A stretch of DNA of 64,000 nucleotides from an uncultured delta proteobacterium (lineage in GTDB: Bacteria > Desulfobacterota > Desulfomonilia > UBA1062), in assembly GCA_963785235.1 (NCBI GenBank), contig CAWAUM010000009.1:14069-78068 (forward strand). Direction: 5' to 3'. Position 1 is the stretch's first letter, and the number at the start of each line of letters is the position of its first letter. Below the pieces are notes generated by a model. It was given only the letters and a program-made list of their open reading frames with translations, was not told the origin of the DNA and ran no database searches. The translations under genes and the position numbers were made by a program. This document shows, one piece after another, positions 19,987 through 31,386 of this stretch.

Positions 19987-20427
19987 ATGAAAGCACCTAG
20001 TTCATCGGATCTTTTGCAGGCTGAGAAGCAGATTATGGCAGGGGTTTACGGCAGGCTCAACAACCGTTACCGAAGGCGTTTCCCGGCCGAGACCGTATCG
20101 GCCCTGGCACGCGCCGTTACGTGGGTCCTCTTCAATATTGAACCTGAAGATGAGGCTGCCCTTCAATTCACATCGGTTTATCAAGACATAATCGATGCCG
20201 AAATAAAGAATCTCATGGAAGATGAGGAAATCAGAAGGGTCGTCACCGACACAGTCGTGCTCAAGGCCGTGTTTTTACACCGGCAGCAGGGCTGTAAAAG
20301 CGATTCCTACATGAAGACAATCGAGCACCTGAAGCGCTCCGGCATCTTCCTTGAAGGAGAGAATCCGCCTACTCCCAAGGGCTATATCGAAATGGCCAAG
20401 GAGTTTTATACGGCAACACCGTGGTAA
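19987..20427 (+). CDS. Hypothetical protein
   Basis: 146-aa ORF filling the gap; no family recognised. Confidence 0.6.
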   Translation: MKAPSSSDLLQAEKQIMAGVYGRLNNRYRRRFPAETVSALARAVTWVLFNIEPEDEAALQFTSVYQDIIDAEIKNLMEDEEIRRVVTDTVVLKAVFLHRQQGCKSDSYMKTIEHLKRSGIFLEGENPPTPKGYIEMAKEFYTATPW

Positions 20428-20561
20428 AGCATGTGCAGTAAAAGTTTTTAATGCTCGGTAGATTGTCTTTCATCACATAGATATCCTGTGATATTAACTG
20501 GTGGTACTGCCCTTATTATAAGGGGCTGAGAATATAATCTAAAGTTCGAATGTGAGACACC

Positions 20562-21327
20562 ATGTTCCCGATCCGTGATGACAATCCGACATTAAGCACT
20601 GCATGGGCGACATTCTTCATCATCGGGCTGAATATCGCTGCCTGGATACTTCTCCAGGGCTTTGGCATGTACCCGGAGCTCCCCATGTCTCTATGTAAAT
20701 ACGGGGTAATCCCCGGAGAGCTGTTAGGGACAGTCCCACCTGGTACCACTGTACCTCTTGGTTACGAGATTTCCTGTATCGTACAGGGTGCCCATAACTG
20801 GTACACCATCTTTTCCCACATGTTCATGCACGGAGGCTGGTTGCATATTATCGGCAACATGTGGTTTCTGTATATCTTCGGCGACAATATCGAGGATGCA
20901 ATGGGATCGGGCAGATTTATCCTGTTCTACCTGGCATGCGGGCTCGCGGCAGTGGTGGTCCAGATGGTTGCGAACCCGGCGAGTGCAATTCCCATGGTTG
21001 GGGCATCGGGCGCCATCAGCGGGGTCATGGGGGCATATATCATCCTGTTCCCAAGGGCTCCGGTGCATATGCTCGTGTTCTTCGGGTTCTTCTTTACCCG
21101 CATCGTGGTGCCGGCCTTTTTCATGCTGGGCTACTGGCTCCTCCTCCAGCTTTTCGGCGGGTTCTTCTCTCTGGGGGCGTGCTTCCGGCGGGGTGGCCTT
21201 CTGGGCCCATGTGGGCGGTTTCGTTGCCGGCATGCTTTTGGTCCTTCCTGTCTGCAATTCCGAGAGGACGGCTGCCTGCCGTGCGCGCAGGGGCGTTCTG
21301 GACGGCATGGTGAGAAGGGTGAAGTAG
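20562..21327 (+). CDS. Rhomboid family intramembrane serine protease (one apparent indel near 21180)
   Basis: MFPIRDDNP, MFMHGGWLHIIGNM, GASG, then GGVAFWAHVGGF in the shifted frame. Confidence 0.9.
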
Positions 21328-21344
21328 GTCCGGGCCTCAGGTTA

Positions 21345-21566
21345 AATCCGGATCTTGCGTTTGGATGTATCCATCAATACTTTAGGCACTTAAGGTAACC
21401 TTGAGCATAGAATTCATTACAGCCATGGTAGTGCTTTTTTTAATAGGTCCGTTCAAAACCTTTATCTTGCAGCCTCGAAGGACTGATAAAATCTGCGTTC
21501 CTCAAAGGCTGCAAGATAAAGGCTTTGAACGGAAAAAGGTTTTTGCGCATCTCAAACGCAGAATCT
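21345..21566 (+). repeat. Dispersed hairpin element, full copy; loop A
   Basis: Arms TCCGTTCAAAACCTTTATCTTGCAGCCT / AGGCTGCAAGATAAAGGCTTTGAACGGA (21448-21533). Confidence 0.92.
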
Positions 21567-21652
21567 ACGGTTTATGCAATTATCAGATTGATTAAACGGT
21601 CCGGCTTCTATAATATTTTGCGGTTACTTTGATAGAGAGAAGGAGTTGCTCC

Positions 21653-23444
21653 ATGAGTACAGGCATCAAACACGAACGGCTTAACAAGTGGGTTTCCGAA
21701 GTGGCTGACATGTGCATGCCCGAATCGGTCATCTTGTGCGACGGAAGCAAAGACGAATACGACCGCCTCATGGCGGGCATGGTTGCAAGCGGCAGTGCAA
21801 TCCCGCTCAAGAAGCGGCCCAACAGCTTCCTTTTCCGCTCGGACCCGAGCGATGTCGCCAGGGTGGAAGACCGCACGTACATCAGCACGCCTGATAAAAA
21901 TGAAGCAGGCCCAACCAATAACTGGGTCGACCCGGCAGAACTGAAACAGACCATGAAGGCCCTTTACAAGGGATGCATGAAGGGCAGGACCATGTATGTG
22001 ATCCCGTTTTCCATGGGGCCCATCGGGTCGCCCATCAGCAAGATCGGCATGGAGATCACGGACAGCCCCTATGTGGTGTGCAACATGCACATCATGACAA
22101 GGGTGGGGACAAAGGTTATGGAGGCCCTGGGCACGGACGGTGAATTCATCCCCTGCGTCCATTCCGTGGGCGCACCGCTGGAGCCGGGGCAGAAAGACGT
22201 CCCGTGGCCCTGTGCACCCATCGAGAAGAAGTACATCAGCCATTTCCCGGATGAAAACCTCATCTGGTCATATGGTTCCGGATACGGCGGCAACGCGCTG
22301 CTTGGCAAGAAGTGCCTGGCCCTGCGCATAGCATCCGCCATGGCTAAGAGGGAAGGGTGGATGGCCGAGCATATGCTCATCTTGCGCCTGACAAACCCCG
22401 AGGGAACCCAGTTCCATATCGCAGCGGCCTTCCCGTCGGCCTGCGGCAAGACGAATCTGGCCATGCTCCAGCCCACCATTAAAGGCTGGAAGTGTGAGAC
22501 CATCGGCGACGACATCTCCTGGATGAAAATCGGCCCTGACGGAAGGCTCTATGCCATCAACCCCGAGGCAGGGTTCTTCGGCGTGGCGCCAGGGACCTCC
22601 TATAATTCAAACCCCATGGCCATGGATACCCTGCACGAAAACTGCATCTACTCCAACTGCGCACTCACCGACGATGGCGACATCTGGTGGGAGGGAATGG
22701 ACGGCGAGCCCCCTGCTCCACGCCATCGACTGGAAGGGCCGCGACTGGACGCCTGAGAGCAAGGAGGTGGCAGCCCATGCCAATGCCCGCTTCACCGCAC
22801 CTGCCGGACAATGTCCTGTCATCTGCGCCGACTGGGAGAAGCCCGAGGGCGTGCCCATCGACATCTTTGTCTTCGGCGGCAGGAGGGCAGGGGTAGTGCC
22901 GCTTGTGAATGAGGCATTCAATTGGGACCACGGTGTATTCCTGGGTGCGACCGCTTCGTCGGAGACAACGGCGGCCAATATCGGAGACATCGGGGCGCTC
23001 AGGCGCGATCCGTTTGCCATGAAGCCGTTCTGCGGCTACAACATGGGCGACTACTTCCAGCACTGGCTGAACATGGGCGACAAGCTGGGCAAGAATGCCC
23101 CGCGTATCTTCTATGTGAACTGGTTCCGCAAAGGCGTGGCAGGTAAGTTCCTCTGGCCGGGCTTCGGCGAGAACTCAAGGGTATTGAAGTGGATGTGCGA
23201 CCGCATCGACGGCAAGGCTTCTGCTCGTGAAACCTCCATCGGCCTGATTCCTGAGGAAGAAGACCTTGACCTGAAGGGCCTGAACATCCCGCAGGAAAAC
23301 CTGCACGAGCTCCTGAAGGTCGACGTGGATGTGTGGAAGGCCGAGATGCCGAGCCTGGAGGAGCACTTTGCCCAGTTCAAGGACAGGCTGCCCCAGCGCA
23401 TTATGCAGCAGCTCGATGCCCTGAAAGAACGGCTGAACAAGTAG
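21653..23444 (+). CDS. pckG: Phosphoenolpyruvate carboxykinase (GTP); apparent indel near 22715
   Basis: [50 protein letters not shown]. Confidence 0.95.
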
Positions 23445-23530
23445 AGAAAAAATACCATAGGCAGGGGCCGTGCGTGATTCAGCAGGTGGTAGTGCGGTCC
23501 CTGCTTTTTTTATCCAGTTATCTGACTTTT

Positions 23531-23748
23531 ATCCCAGATTTTATGCTTGAAGAGGTGTAAAAACCTTTTTCCGTTCAAAACCGTTATCTTGCAGCCTTTG
23601 AGGCATGCAGATTTTATGGGTCCTTCTCGGCTGCAAGATAACGGTTTTGAACGGACCTGTTTAACAAAAGCAAAACCATAGTCTATGGCTAAAGCCACCT
23701 GAAGTGCATTGAGTATGCATAGGTACATTCAATTTCAGAATCCGGATT
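23531..23748 (-). repeat. Dispersed hairpin element, full copy; loop A
   Basis: Perfect 27-bp arms TCCGTTCAAAACCGTTATCTTGCAGCC / GGCTGCAAGATAACGGTTTTGAACGGA (23570-23655). Confidence 0.92.
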
Positions 23749-23811
23749 TACGAGCCTTATTGACTCCATGTGCCATTGGATTGTATGACAATAAGACGAG
23801 AAAGGAGATAC

Positions 23812-24934
23812 GTGGATTTGCACCCTGCCATTACACCGTTTGATGAAGCAGTACGCTTCAGGAGGCAGCGCCTTGAAGAGGCGGCATCCAGCGGCAGGAA
23901 GGTCATCGGCTATTTCTGCACCTATACCCCTGTGGAGATCATCCATGCCGGCGGCTTTATCCCGGTGCGCATCTGGGGAGGGACCGGCCGGATTGAGAAG
24001 GCCTATTCGCTGGTGCCGAACTTTATCTGTCCGTACATGAGGCTTTCCCTGGAAGGGGCCTTGAACAACGAGTTCTCGTTTCTGTCCGGGATCGTGCAGG
24101 GGTACACCTGCGATGTGGCCTGTGGTGCCGTGAATATCTGGAAGGATAACTTCAGCCTGGAGCTCTGCCACAGCCTGCCTTTACCCTATAACGACAACCA
24201 GGATGCACGGGAATTCCTGCGGGCCGGCATTGAGGAGCTTGCCTGCAAGCTGACACGGATCGGGGGCAGCCTCACGGATGAATCGCTGAAAGACTCGCTT
24301 GAGCTTTATGAAGAGATAAGGACGATCCTTGCATGGTTATTTGAAATGACGTGCCCAGGGCAACCTGCCGCTTACGTGCCGGTGATGTCCTGAGCGTTGT
24401 GCAGGCGTACTTTGTCACCCCGCCTGAAGAGTACCTGGAAATGCTCAAGGCCTTGATGGTGTACCTGAAGGGCGCCCCGGTATCAATAACCCCAGGGAAT
24501 ACCGGTCCTCGTATCGGGCAGCGTCGTAGAGGATGCACAGGCCTTTACGATCATGGAGGGCCTTGGCTTCAAGGTCGTTGCCGATGATCTCTGTACGGGC
24601 CGGCGTGGCTTCATACCGATAGCCGGTCTCGGGGAGACGCCCATGGAGCGTCTTATAGACAGGATCATGAACAGGTTTCCCTGCCCCTCACGGTCGCACC
24701 CCAGGGAGAGGGTGCCGCTCCTCCTGGAGCTCATCAGGGCATCCCATGCAAAAGGGGTCATCTTCGTATTTCAGAAGTTCTGCACGCCGCACCTGGCGGA
24801 CCACCCCAAGGTTGCACAAGGGTTGAAAGATGCAGGTCATCCCCAGCATAGCAATCGAACTCGATGAGTCCGGGCTCATGGAGGCGCAGGTGGCAACAAG
24901 GCTGGAGACCTTCTGGGGCATGTTGAGGCAATAA
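23812..24934 (+). CDS. 2-hydroxyacyl-CoA dehydratase / benzoyl-CoA reductase family subunit (HGD-D), several apparent indels
   Basis: IGYFCTYTPVEIIHAGG, PNFICPY, YTCD, VADDLCTGRR, QKFCTPH, TRLETF. Confidence 0.82.
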
Positions 24935-24935
24935 G

Positions 24936-26186
24936 ATGGAGACGAACCGGAAGTCCACGAAACGCTTGAATACGGCCAGAGACCTCACAAAAGTGGTGGC
25001 GGAATACTACCTGGAGTGCCACCAGGCCAAGGCCTCGGGCAAGCCCGTCGGCTGGATGCCCCCCATGAACGGGGCCATAGAGGTATTCTATGCCATGGAC
25101 CTGCAGCCGGTCTTCCCGGAAAACTGGTCGCCCGTGTGCGCGGCCTTCGGGCTGACGCCCGAGCAACTTCGATATCTCCGAGCGCATGGGCTATTCGGGC
25201 GATCTGTGCGGTTATCTGCGCAATATCGTGGGCTATGTGCATGGTGACATGAACGGTCCGGCTGTCCCGCTGGGCGGCCTGCCCGAGCCGGACATGGTCA
25301 TGTCCTTCGGCGGCGGGTGCATTCCGGCCATGAAGATCTTCCAGATCATGGAAGGGCGCTTTCCCAGCGGCAAAGGTCTTCAGGGCGGATGTGCCCCAGG
25401 TGGCAGTGGAGGACATCCGCGACCACCATGTGGCCTATGCGGTGAGCGAGATACACCGGCTCATAGATTTCCTTGAAAGGACAACCCGACAGAAGGCTCG
25501 ATATGGCAAGGCTCGCCGACGTGGTAGAGCTCTCGGACAGGGCATGCCTGCTCTGGGACGAGATCATGTCGTTCCGCCGGTTCATACCCACCCCCATCTC
25601 GGCAGCCGAGATCGGCATCATGTTCGTCATGGTCACCAGGCAGGGTACGCAGATCGCCGTGGACTTCCTCACCCGGGTGCGTGACGAGGTCAAACAAAGG
25701 GCAGCCTCGGGCATCGGAGTCATCGAGAACGAGAAGATCAGGCTCTTCTGGGACAACATCCCTCTGTGGTACAACATGGGTCTGTTCAACTACTTCGAAA
25801 AGATGGGCGGCGTGATGGTTGCCGAGACCTATTCTGCAGCCTGGTCGCTCCGGCTTGACACGAAAGATCCCATCGAGGCCCTTGCACGGAAGAGCCTCAT
25901 GTCGTATTCGCTTGTCTCGTGCCTGTCCATTGATCGCCGCAAGGAGATGGTGCTCAAGGCCTGCCGTGACTACAAAATCGACGGGGCCGTGTTCCACCAG
26001 AACAAGTCGTGTGCGCCCATCACCCTTGGCCAGGCGGACATCCGCAAGGCCTTATCCGATGAACTCGGCATCCCTTCCATCACCATTGATGCCGACCATA
26101 TGGACAGCCGCAACTTCTCTTTTGCCCAGTTTCAGACCAGGGCTGACGCGTTCATGGAGATGCTGCTCCAGAAAAAGCAGGGTTGA
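24936..26186 (+). CDS. Second HGD-D family subunit (HgdA/BcrB-like), several apparent indels
   Basis: VFPENW, GYSGDLCGY, GGLPEPD, RLFWDNIPLW, HQNKSC, DADHMDSR..QTRADAF. Confidence 0.82.
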
Positions 26187-26206
26187 AAAAGCGGGTTCTT
26201 TTTATA

Positions 26207-26395
26207 AATCCGGATTGTGCGTTTAAGGAGTGTAAAAACTTGGTCCGTTCAAAACCTTTATCTTGCAGCTTTTGAGGAACGTTAGTTTTATCAGCCCTTC
26301 AAGGCTGCAAGATAAAGGTTTTGAACGGATCTATGAAAAAAAGCACTACCATGGTCGTAATGAGTTCTATTCTTAAGTTCACCTGAATCGCACGC
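26207..26395 (-). repeat. Dispersed hairpin element; loop A
   Basis: Arms TCCGTTCAAAACCTTTATCTTGCAGC / GCTGCAAGATAAAGGTTTTGAACGGA (26244-26329). Confidence 0.92.
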
Positions 26396-26400
26396 AATGC

Positions 26401-26775
26401 CTATGGATTGTTAATCTTGAATTTGACCGAGGCCTTTGTATCACCTTCAATAATCAGTATGGCTCCATACGATCCCTTGGGAAGGTCATTGAACCACCAC
26501 CATTTGGTCCAATTCTCAGGAACATAATCCTTGTATGTCTTCACGACAGTTCCTGTAGAAAGGTCACTTATCCGAACCGTTACATTATGCCCGCCACAGC
26601 CTGTAACAACCACTGCGGGTATTTCGCCTGCAGCGTATTGATCTACCCGCATAGTATAGTTACCGGCCTTAACATCAACCTGACGGGACATGTGTATGTC
26701 CTGGGGAACAGCAGCACAGCCGAACATGAATACTACTGATATGAATACGAGAACGGATGATAATAGTTTTATCAT
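26401..26775 (-). CDS. Hypothetical lipoprotein
   Basis: MIKLLSSVLVFISVVFMFGC lipobox-like signal; AAGGAG RBS. Confidence 0.65.
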   Translation of the reverse strand: MIKLLSSVLVFISVVFMFGCAAVPQDIHMSRQVDVKAGNYTMRVDQYAAGEIPAVVVTGCGGHNVTVRISDLSTGTVVKTYKDYVPENWTKWWWFNDLPKGSYGAILIIEGDTKASVKFKINNP

Positions 26776-26961
26776 AGTGTCTCCTTTCATGATTCCTATG
26801 ATAGCACAAACAGCTATAAAACTTAAAAAAATCCTCAATAGCATTTTTTCTCCTAAGTCTTCCTGATTTGAACAGGGTGTGAGATAATTACGGGGAGTTG
26901 ACACAAGCCATACTCCATGACAGATGAGGGAAGACGAGAAGGTATATGCGCCGGGAGGCAT

Positions 26962-27564
26962 ATGGACAGGCAGGAGAAACTGAACCTTATTTATGATGCT
27001 GCTTTAAAGGTATTCTCACAGTATGGATACAAGAGGACCCGCGTGGAGGACATCGCCTCCGAGCTGGGCATGACCAAGGGAAACTTGTACCTGTATGCGA
27101 AGGACAAACGCGAACTGTACGAGAAGGCAGTATCTTACGGACTGCTCCGGTGGCAGGCAAAGGTGCGCGATGCCGTCAAAGGCATAGATGATGTGAAAGA
27201 ACAGTTTGTCGCCATGTGCAAAAAGAGCTTTATGTATCTCTCCAGGGATGTGGCGCTGAGGACCATCCTTATCAACGACCCGTCCATCTTCCCCCTGTCC
27301 CCCAAGGAGGACAGGTTTGCCGAAATCAACCGGGCATCCATGGATATGCTCAAGACCTTGCTGAAAAAGGGAATGGATGAAAATAAATTCCGCCGGATCG
27401 ACATCAAGTATGTAACCGACCTACTCTTTTCCATCTATGTCATGTTCATCATTAAGACCTACATCAAGTCAGAGGGCAAATCCACCCGCAGGATGTTCGA
27501 TCAGGGCATGGACCTCATATTGAGCGGGCTTGTGAGTCGTGACGAATCTCATTCACAGGTATGA
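26962..27564 (+). CDS. TetR/AcrR family regulator
   Basis: AALKVFSQYGYKRTRVEDIASELGMTKGNLYLY. Confidence 0.92.
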   Translation: MDRQEKLNLIYDAALKVFSQYGYKRTRVEDIASELGMTKGNLYLYAKDKRELYEKAVSYGLLRWQAKVRDAVKGIDDVKEQFVAMCKKSFMYLSRDVALRTILINDPSIFPLSPKEDRFAEINRASMDMLKTLLKKGMDENKFRRIDIKYVTDLLFSIYVMFIIKTYIKSEGKSTRRMFDQGMDLILSGLVSRDESHSQV

Positions 27565-27662
27565 CTATGGCGGTTAAATAGAATTTGTCTCTCAAAATAA
27601 TATATGATAGCTCTTAATGAGATGTACCGGATGTTAAGATACTAGAAGGTGCCAGGAAGGGT

Positions 27663-28100
27663 ATGAAGACAACAGCAGTAAAACCTATGAGATGCGAATT
27701 CGCCGACGAGGGGGTCTTGTGGATCGACAAGATCGCCACCGGGGTGGGCGTCATCATCTATAACCCCCAGCACAAATTTGCTGCAGGGTTCCACGTGCTG
27801 AGAGGGAAATCCAAAGGGCAACGGGCGGAGAACCCTGCGTACTTCGCCGATACGGTCATAGAGTATGCTGTCCAGGAATTTATGAAAAGAAGCATCCCGC
27901 TGAAGGTGTCGGTAGCCATTGCCGGAGGGGCCTCAATGCTTTCATCGAATGAGCAGAACGATGTCGGTGCAGGGCTGATTCATCAGGTGAAAGAGATGCT
28001 TGCAGACAAAAAGCTCGATGTAAAGATAGAAAACCTAGGCGGGACCAAGCTTCGCACCATGATCCTGAATGTGGATGAGGGCAAGATTAAAATATCGTGA
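27663..28100 (+). CDS. CheD-like protein lacking the catalytic Cys
   Basis: GVIIYNP..AGFH, PAYFADT, IAGGASM, ENLGG..R fit the CheD pattern; IATGVGV replaces LGSCVGV. Confidence 0.7.
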   Translation: MKTTAVKPMRCEFADEGVLWIDKIATGVGVIIYNPQHKFAAGFHVLRGKSKGQRAENPAYFADTVIEYAVQEFMKRSIPLKVSVAIAGGASMLSSNEQNDVGAGLIHQVKEMLADKKLDVKIENLGGTKLRTMILNVDEGKIKIS

Positions 28101-28255
28101 TGCATACGCCACAAGAATAATGAAATTATCTCAGGGATAGATGCTATGACGAATGGGATGATCCCGGGAACCACCGGATATACTGATGATTTGCCGGAGT
28201 TGCCTTTCCGTCCTACAAGGCCGGTAAGGGAACAAGATATGGGAGGTAGTATCAG

Positions 28256-29284
28256 ATGAAGATTCGATGCCCGAAATGCTCAAAAGAATACATAATCCCT
28301 GATGAACGCCTTCAAGGAATAACGCAGAGTGTAACCATACCCTGCCCCAACTGCAAAGGTTCTATTATCCTGAAACCCAATAAGCAAAGTCAGACCCCGG
28401 CAGATAAGGACAAAGATCAGGGATCAACCCCGGATATCACCCCTTCCGACAGCGCAGACCTCAAAAAACGAATATTAGGAACATTGAAAGACCTGCCACC
28501 CATGCCTCAGGTGGCCCAGAAGGCACGGCAGGTGATCGATAACCCGGCGTCGAGCTTCTCTGATCTCGCCAAGGTCATCGAGACTGATCAGGCCATTGTC
28601 ACGCGTATCCTGAAGATCGCCAACTCCCCGTACTATGGCCTTTCGGGAAAGGTGTCTTCAGTGCAGCACGCTTCGGTTGTGCTGGGTGTAAAGACCCTCA
28701 TGGAGATCCTCAATCTCGCATGCTCCTCCGAGATCCTCGGAAAGACATTGACCGGTTATGACCTTGATGCCGGCGAGCTATGGGCGCATTCCCTGGCCGT
28801 TGCAGCCGGATCCCAGATCATTGCGCGCAAGGCGAACCCTTCTCTGGAGCAGGATGCCTTCTCAGCCGGGTTGATCCACGATGCAGGCAAGATCATCCTC
28901 GACCCTTATATCCAAGAGCGCAAAGAAACCTTCAAGGCCTTTGTGAATGAAGGCAAGGAGTCCTTCCTTGATGCTGAAAAGAGCCTCCTCGGCTTCGATC
29001 ATGCCGAGCTTGCTTCAGATGCCTGCGAGCAGTGGCATATCCCGGCACAGATTGCATTTGCCATCAGACATCACCATGACCCCACCCCATCCAAGGGCGA
29101 TATTCTCTCTTTCATAGTGCATATGGCCGATGCCATTGCAATGATGAGCGGTATCGGCTCAGGCATAGACGGGATGCTGTATCATATGCACAAAGATGCC
29201 ATGACCATATTAAGGCTCAACACGGATGATATGACTGCAATCATGGGCCAGATAGCCGAATACGTGGATAAGACTACCCAGTGA
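28256..29284 (+). CDS. HDOD domain protein with N-terminal zinc ribbon
   Basis: CPKC..CPNC; LPPMPQVA, DQAIVTRILKIANS, LWAHS, GLIHDAGK, GFDHAE, HHHDP. Confidence 0.92.
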   Translation: MKIRCPKCSKEYIIPDERLQGITQSVTIPCPNCKGSIILKPNKQSQTPADKDKDQGSTPDITPSDSADLKKRILGTLKDLPPMPQVAQKARQVIDNPASSFSDLAKVIETDQAIVTRILKIANSPYYGLSGKVSSVQHASVVLGVKTLMEILNLACSSEILGKTLTGYDLDAGELWAHSLAVAAGSQIIARKANPSLEQDAFSAGLIHDAGKIILDPYIQERKETFKAFVNEGKESFLDAEKSLLGFDHAELASDACEQWHIPAQIAFAIRHHHDPTPSKGDILSFIVHMADAIAMMSGIGSGIDGMLYHMHKDAMTILRLNTDDMTAIMGQIAEYVDKTTQ

Positions 29285-29368
29285 GCAGGAAATATCTATT
29301 TTCCAGAGACCTGTATCCAACACGTAAGACATATAATCACATCATACACCTGGCAGTGAGGAGAACTC

Positions 29369-30245
29369 ATGCCGGCCTTTGAACCGATTTCGCTTTCCAG
29401 GCAGCAAGAATATCTCATGATCATGAATGCTTCAACGGTGACGGCATCCGACTACAGCTTCATCAATCTGTGGGCATGGGCAGAAGAATATGGCCTTTCC
29501 TGGGCATGGGACGACGGACTCGTATGGATAAAACAGTCCAGACATGAGCCTTGTCTGTGGGCCCCAATCGGACCTTGGGATGGTGTTTCATGGCCCGGAG
29601 TATTCAATAACCCAGAAGTATCTGAGCTTCCCTTTACCCGGGTCCCTGAAGACCTCCTTTTCCAATGGGATTGCAACGTTGCCCGGCAGGGTGCAGGTAG
29701 AAGAGGCCCGGGAACTGTGGGACTACCTCTATGCCGTATCCGAACTCGTGGACCTTTCAGGCAGCAAGTTCCATCGCAAGAAGAACCTGTTAAACAAGTT
29801 CAAGAAGAGGTACCCCTTCTTGTATCATGACATCACCCCATCTCACATACACACGGTCCTTGCAATGCAGGAAGAATGGTGTGTCTGGCGGGACTGCGAG
29901 TCTACTGAAATGCTGGCTGCTGAAAACCGCTGCATCAGGCGGGTGCTGGAGGCCTGGGAAGATCTGTCAGGCATAAAGGGTGCGATCATTTCTGTCGATG
30001 ACAGGCCTGCAGCATTCACGGTTGCAGAGGTGTTCAGGGAAGATTCGCTGCTCATCCACTTCGAAAAAGGCCTTCATGATTATTCCGGCATATATCAGGC
30101 CATCAACCAGATGTTTCTTGAACATAACAACTCGTATTCCCTGGTGAACAGGGAGCAGGACCTGGGTGATGAGGGCCTGCGCCAGGCCAAGCTTTCCTAC
30201 AACCCTACAGGCTTTGTCAGGAAGTTCCGGGTGAGGATAACCTGA
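29369..30245 (+). CDS. DUF2156 / phosphatidylglycerol lysyltransferase C-terminal-like protein (apparent indel)
   Basis: SDYSFINLWAW, DYLY..L.G.KFHRKKN, IHFEKG, NREQDLGDEGLRQAKLSYNP. Confidence 0.88.
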
Positions 30246-30250
30246 AACAG

Positions 30251-31282
30251 GTGAGATCAGTTCAGAGTCACATTCGGCATTCTATCATTGCAGGTGTTGT
30301 TCTTTGCACACTCCTCGCATGGTTCCCCGGCCCTGGCCAGGCAGGCCAGAAAGCCGAAGGGCAGGGCTTCCACATCGATGTCCGGCACTGGGAAGAGGCG
30401 GAGAATCTCTTCAGGAGCGATCCCTGCTGGCTGGGTGGTGACGGGGCGTCATCAATCGATCTGGGCGCTCGAAAATCGCTGTGGCTCTTCGGCGACAGCT
30501 TCATCAGCACAAAGGGCTCTCCTTCAAGGCGCTCTGCCGTGATGGTGAGGAACAGCATCGCGCTCCAGTCGGGCCGGAACCCGGCAAAGGCATCCATGAG
30601 ATTTGCCTGGAAGACAGCCGATGGCATTCCTGCATCCTTTTTTCCTGAAGAGGGCGATGCATGGTTCTGGCCGGGCTCAGGGATACTGTATAAGAAGGCG
30701 TTGATCATGTTCCTGGTAAAGGTCCGTGTATCGGAGTCCGAACTCGGGTTCACCCCTGACGGGTGGAAGGCCGTATCAGTCACTGATCCGGGTAAAGACC
30801 CGCTCGCCTGGAAACTCCACGATCTTACCTGTCCGGCCACCGGGGATATCCTCGCCGGATCGTCCAGCATACTCATCAGGGACGGATTCCTCTATGCCTT
30901 CAGCACAAGCTGGAAGGATAATTCGGCCTATCTCCTCAGGTGGCCTCTTAAGGATGTTTCCAGGGGCGTCCTTTCAAGGCCCCAGTGGTGGATGGGAGCA
31001 GCGTCCGGATGGATGGATGCAAAGCCTGCGGACGTCAAGCCCGTACCGGTCTTCAAAGCCGCCCAGGTGGAGTTTACGGTTCACTATGAACCGCGCATCA
31101 AGGGTTATCTGCAGGTCCAGACACTGAGTCTCCTGGAACCCTGTCTGGCCGTTCGTTCTTCCGCCGGCTTGCAGGGCCGTGGTCCGACTCTGCGTGCATC
31201 TACCAGCCTCCTGAAAAGAAAAGCCCCGGACTGCTGTTGTATGCAGGCAAGGCGCACAAGGCCTTCATTGGTGCGGATCTGA
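30251..31282 (+). CDS. Secreted DUF4185/DUF5005-like protein (C-terminus probably frameshifted, extends to about 31390)
   Basis: Signal peptide; WLGGDGASSIDLG..LWLFGDSF, VRNSIA, WFWPG. Confidence 0.65.
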   Translation: MRSVQSHIRHSIIAGVVLCTLLAWFPGPGQAGQKAEGQGFHIDVRHWEEAENLFRSDPCWLGGDGASSIDLGARKSLWLFGDSFISTKGSPSRRSAVMVRNSIALQSGRNPAKASMRFAWKTADGIPASFFPEEGDAWFWPGSGILYKKALIMFLVKVRVSESELGFTPDGWKAVSVTDPGKDPLAWKLHDLTCPATGDILAGSSSILIRDGFLYAFSTSWKDNSAYLLRWPLKDVSRGVLSRPQWWMGAASGWMDAKPADVKPVPVFKAAQVEFTVHYEPRIKGYLQVQTLSLLEPCLAVRSSAGLQGRGPTLRASTSLLKRKAPDCCCMQARRTRPSLVRI

Positions 31283-31386
31283 CCTTTACCTATGCCGTAA
31301 ACACCACTGGACAAGGACAGGATCTTCGATGATATGGGCATCTACTACCCCAAAGTGCTCAAGGGAAAGATTACCCGGAAAAGGCC

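Noticed and set aside
22700-22730. Programmed frameshifting in pckG, gap and others
   Set aside because: No shared slippery motif, no precedent for these genes, and too many cases.
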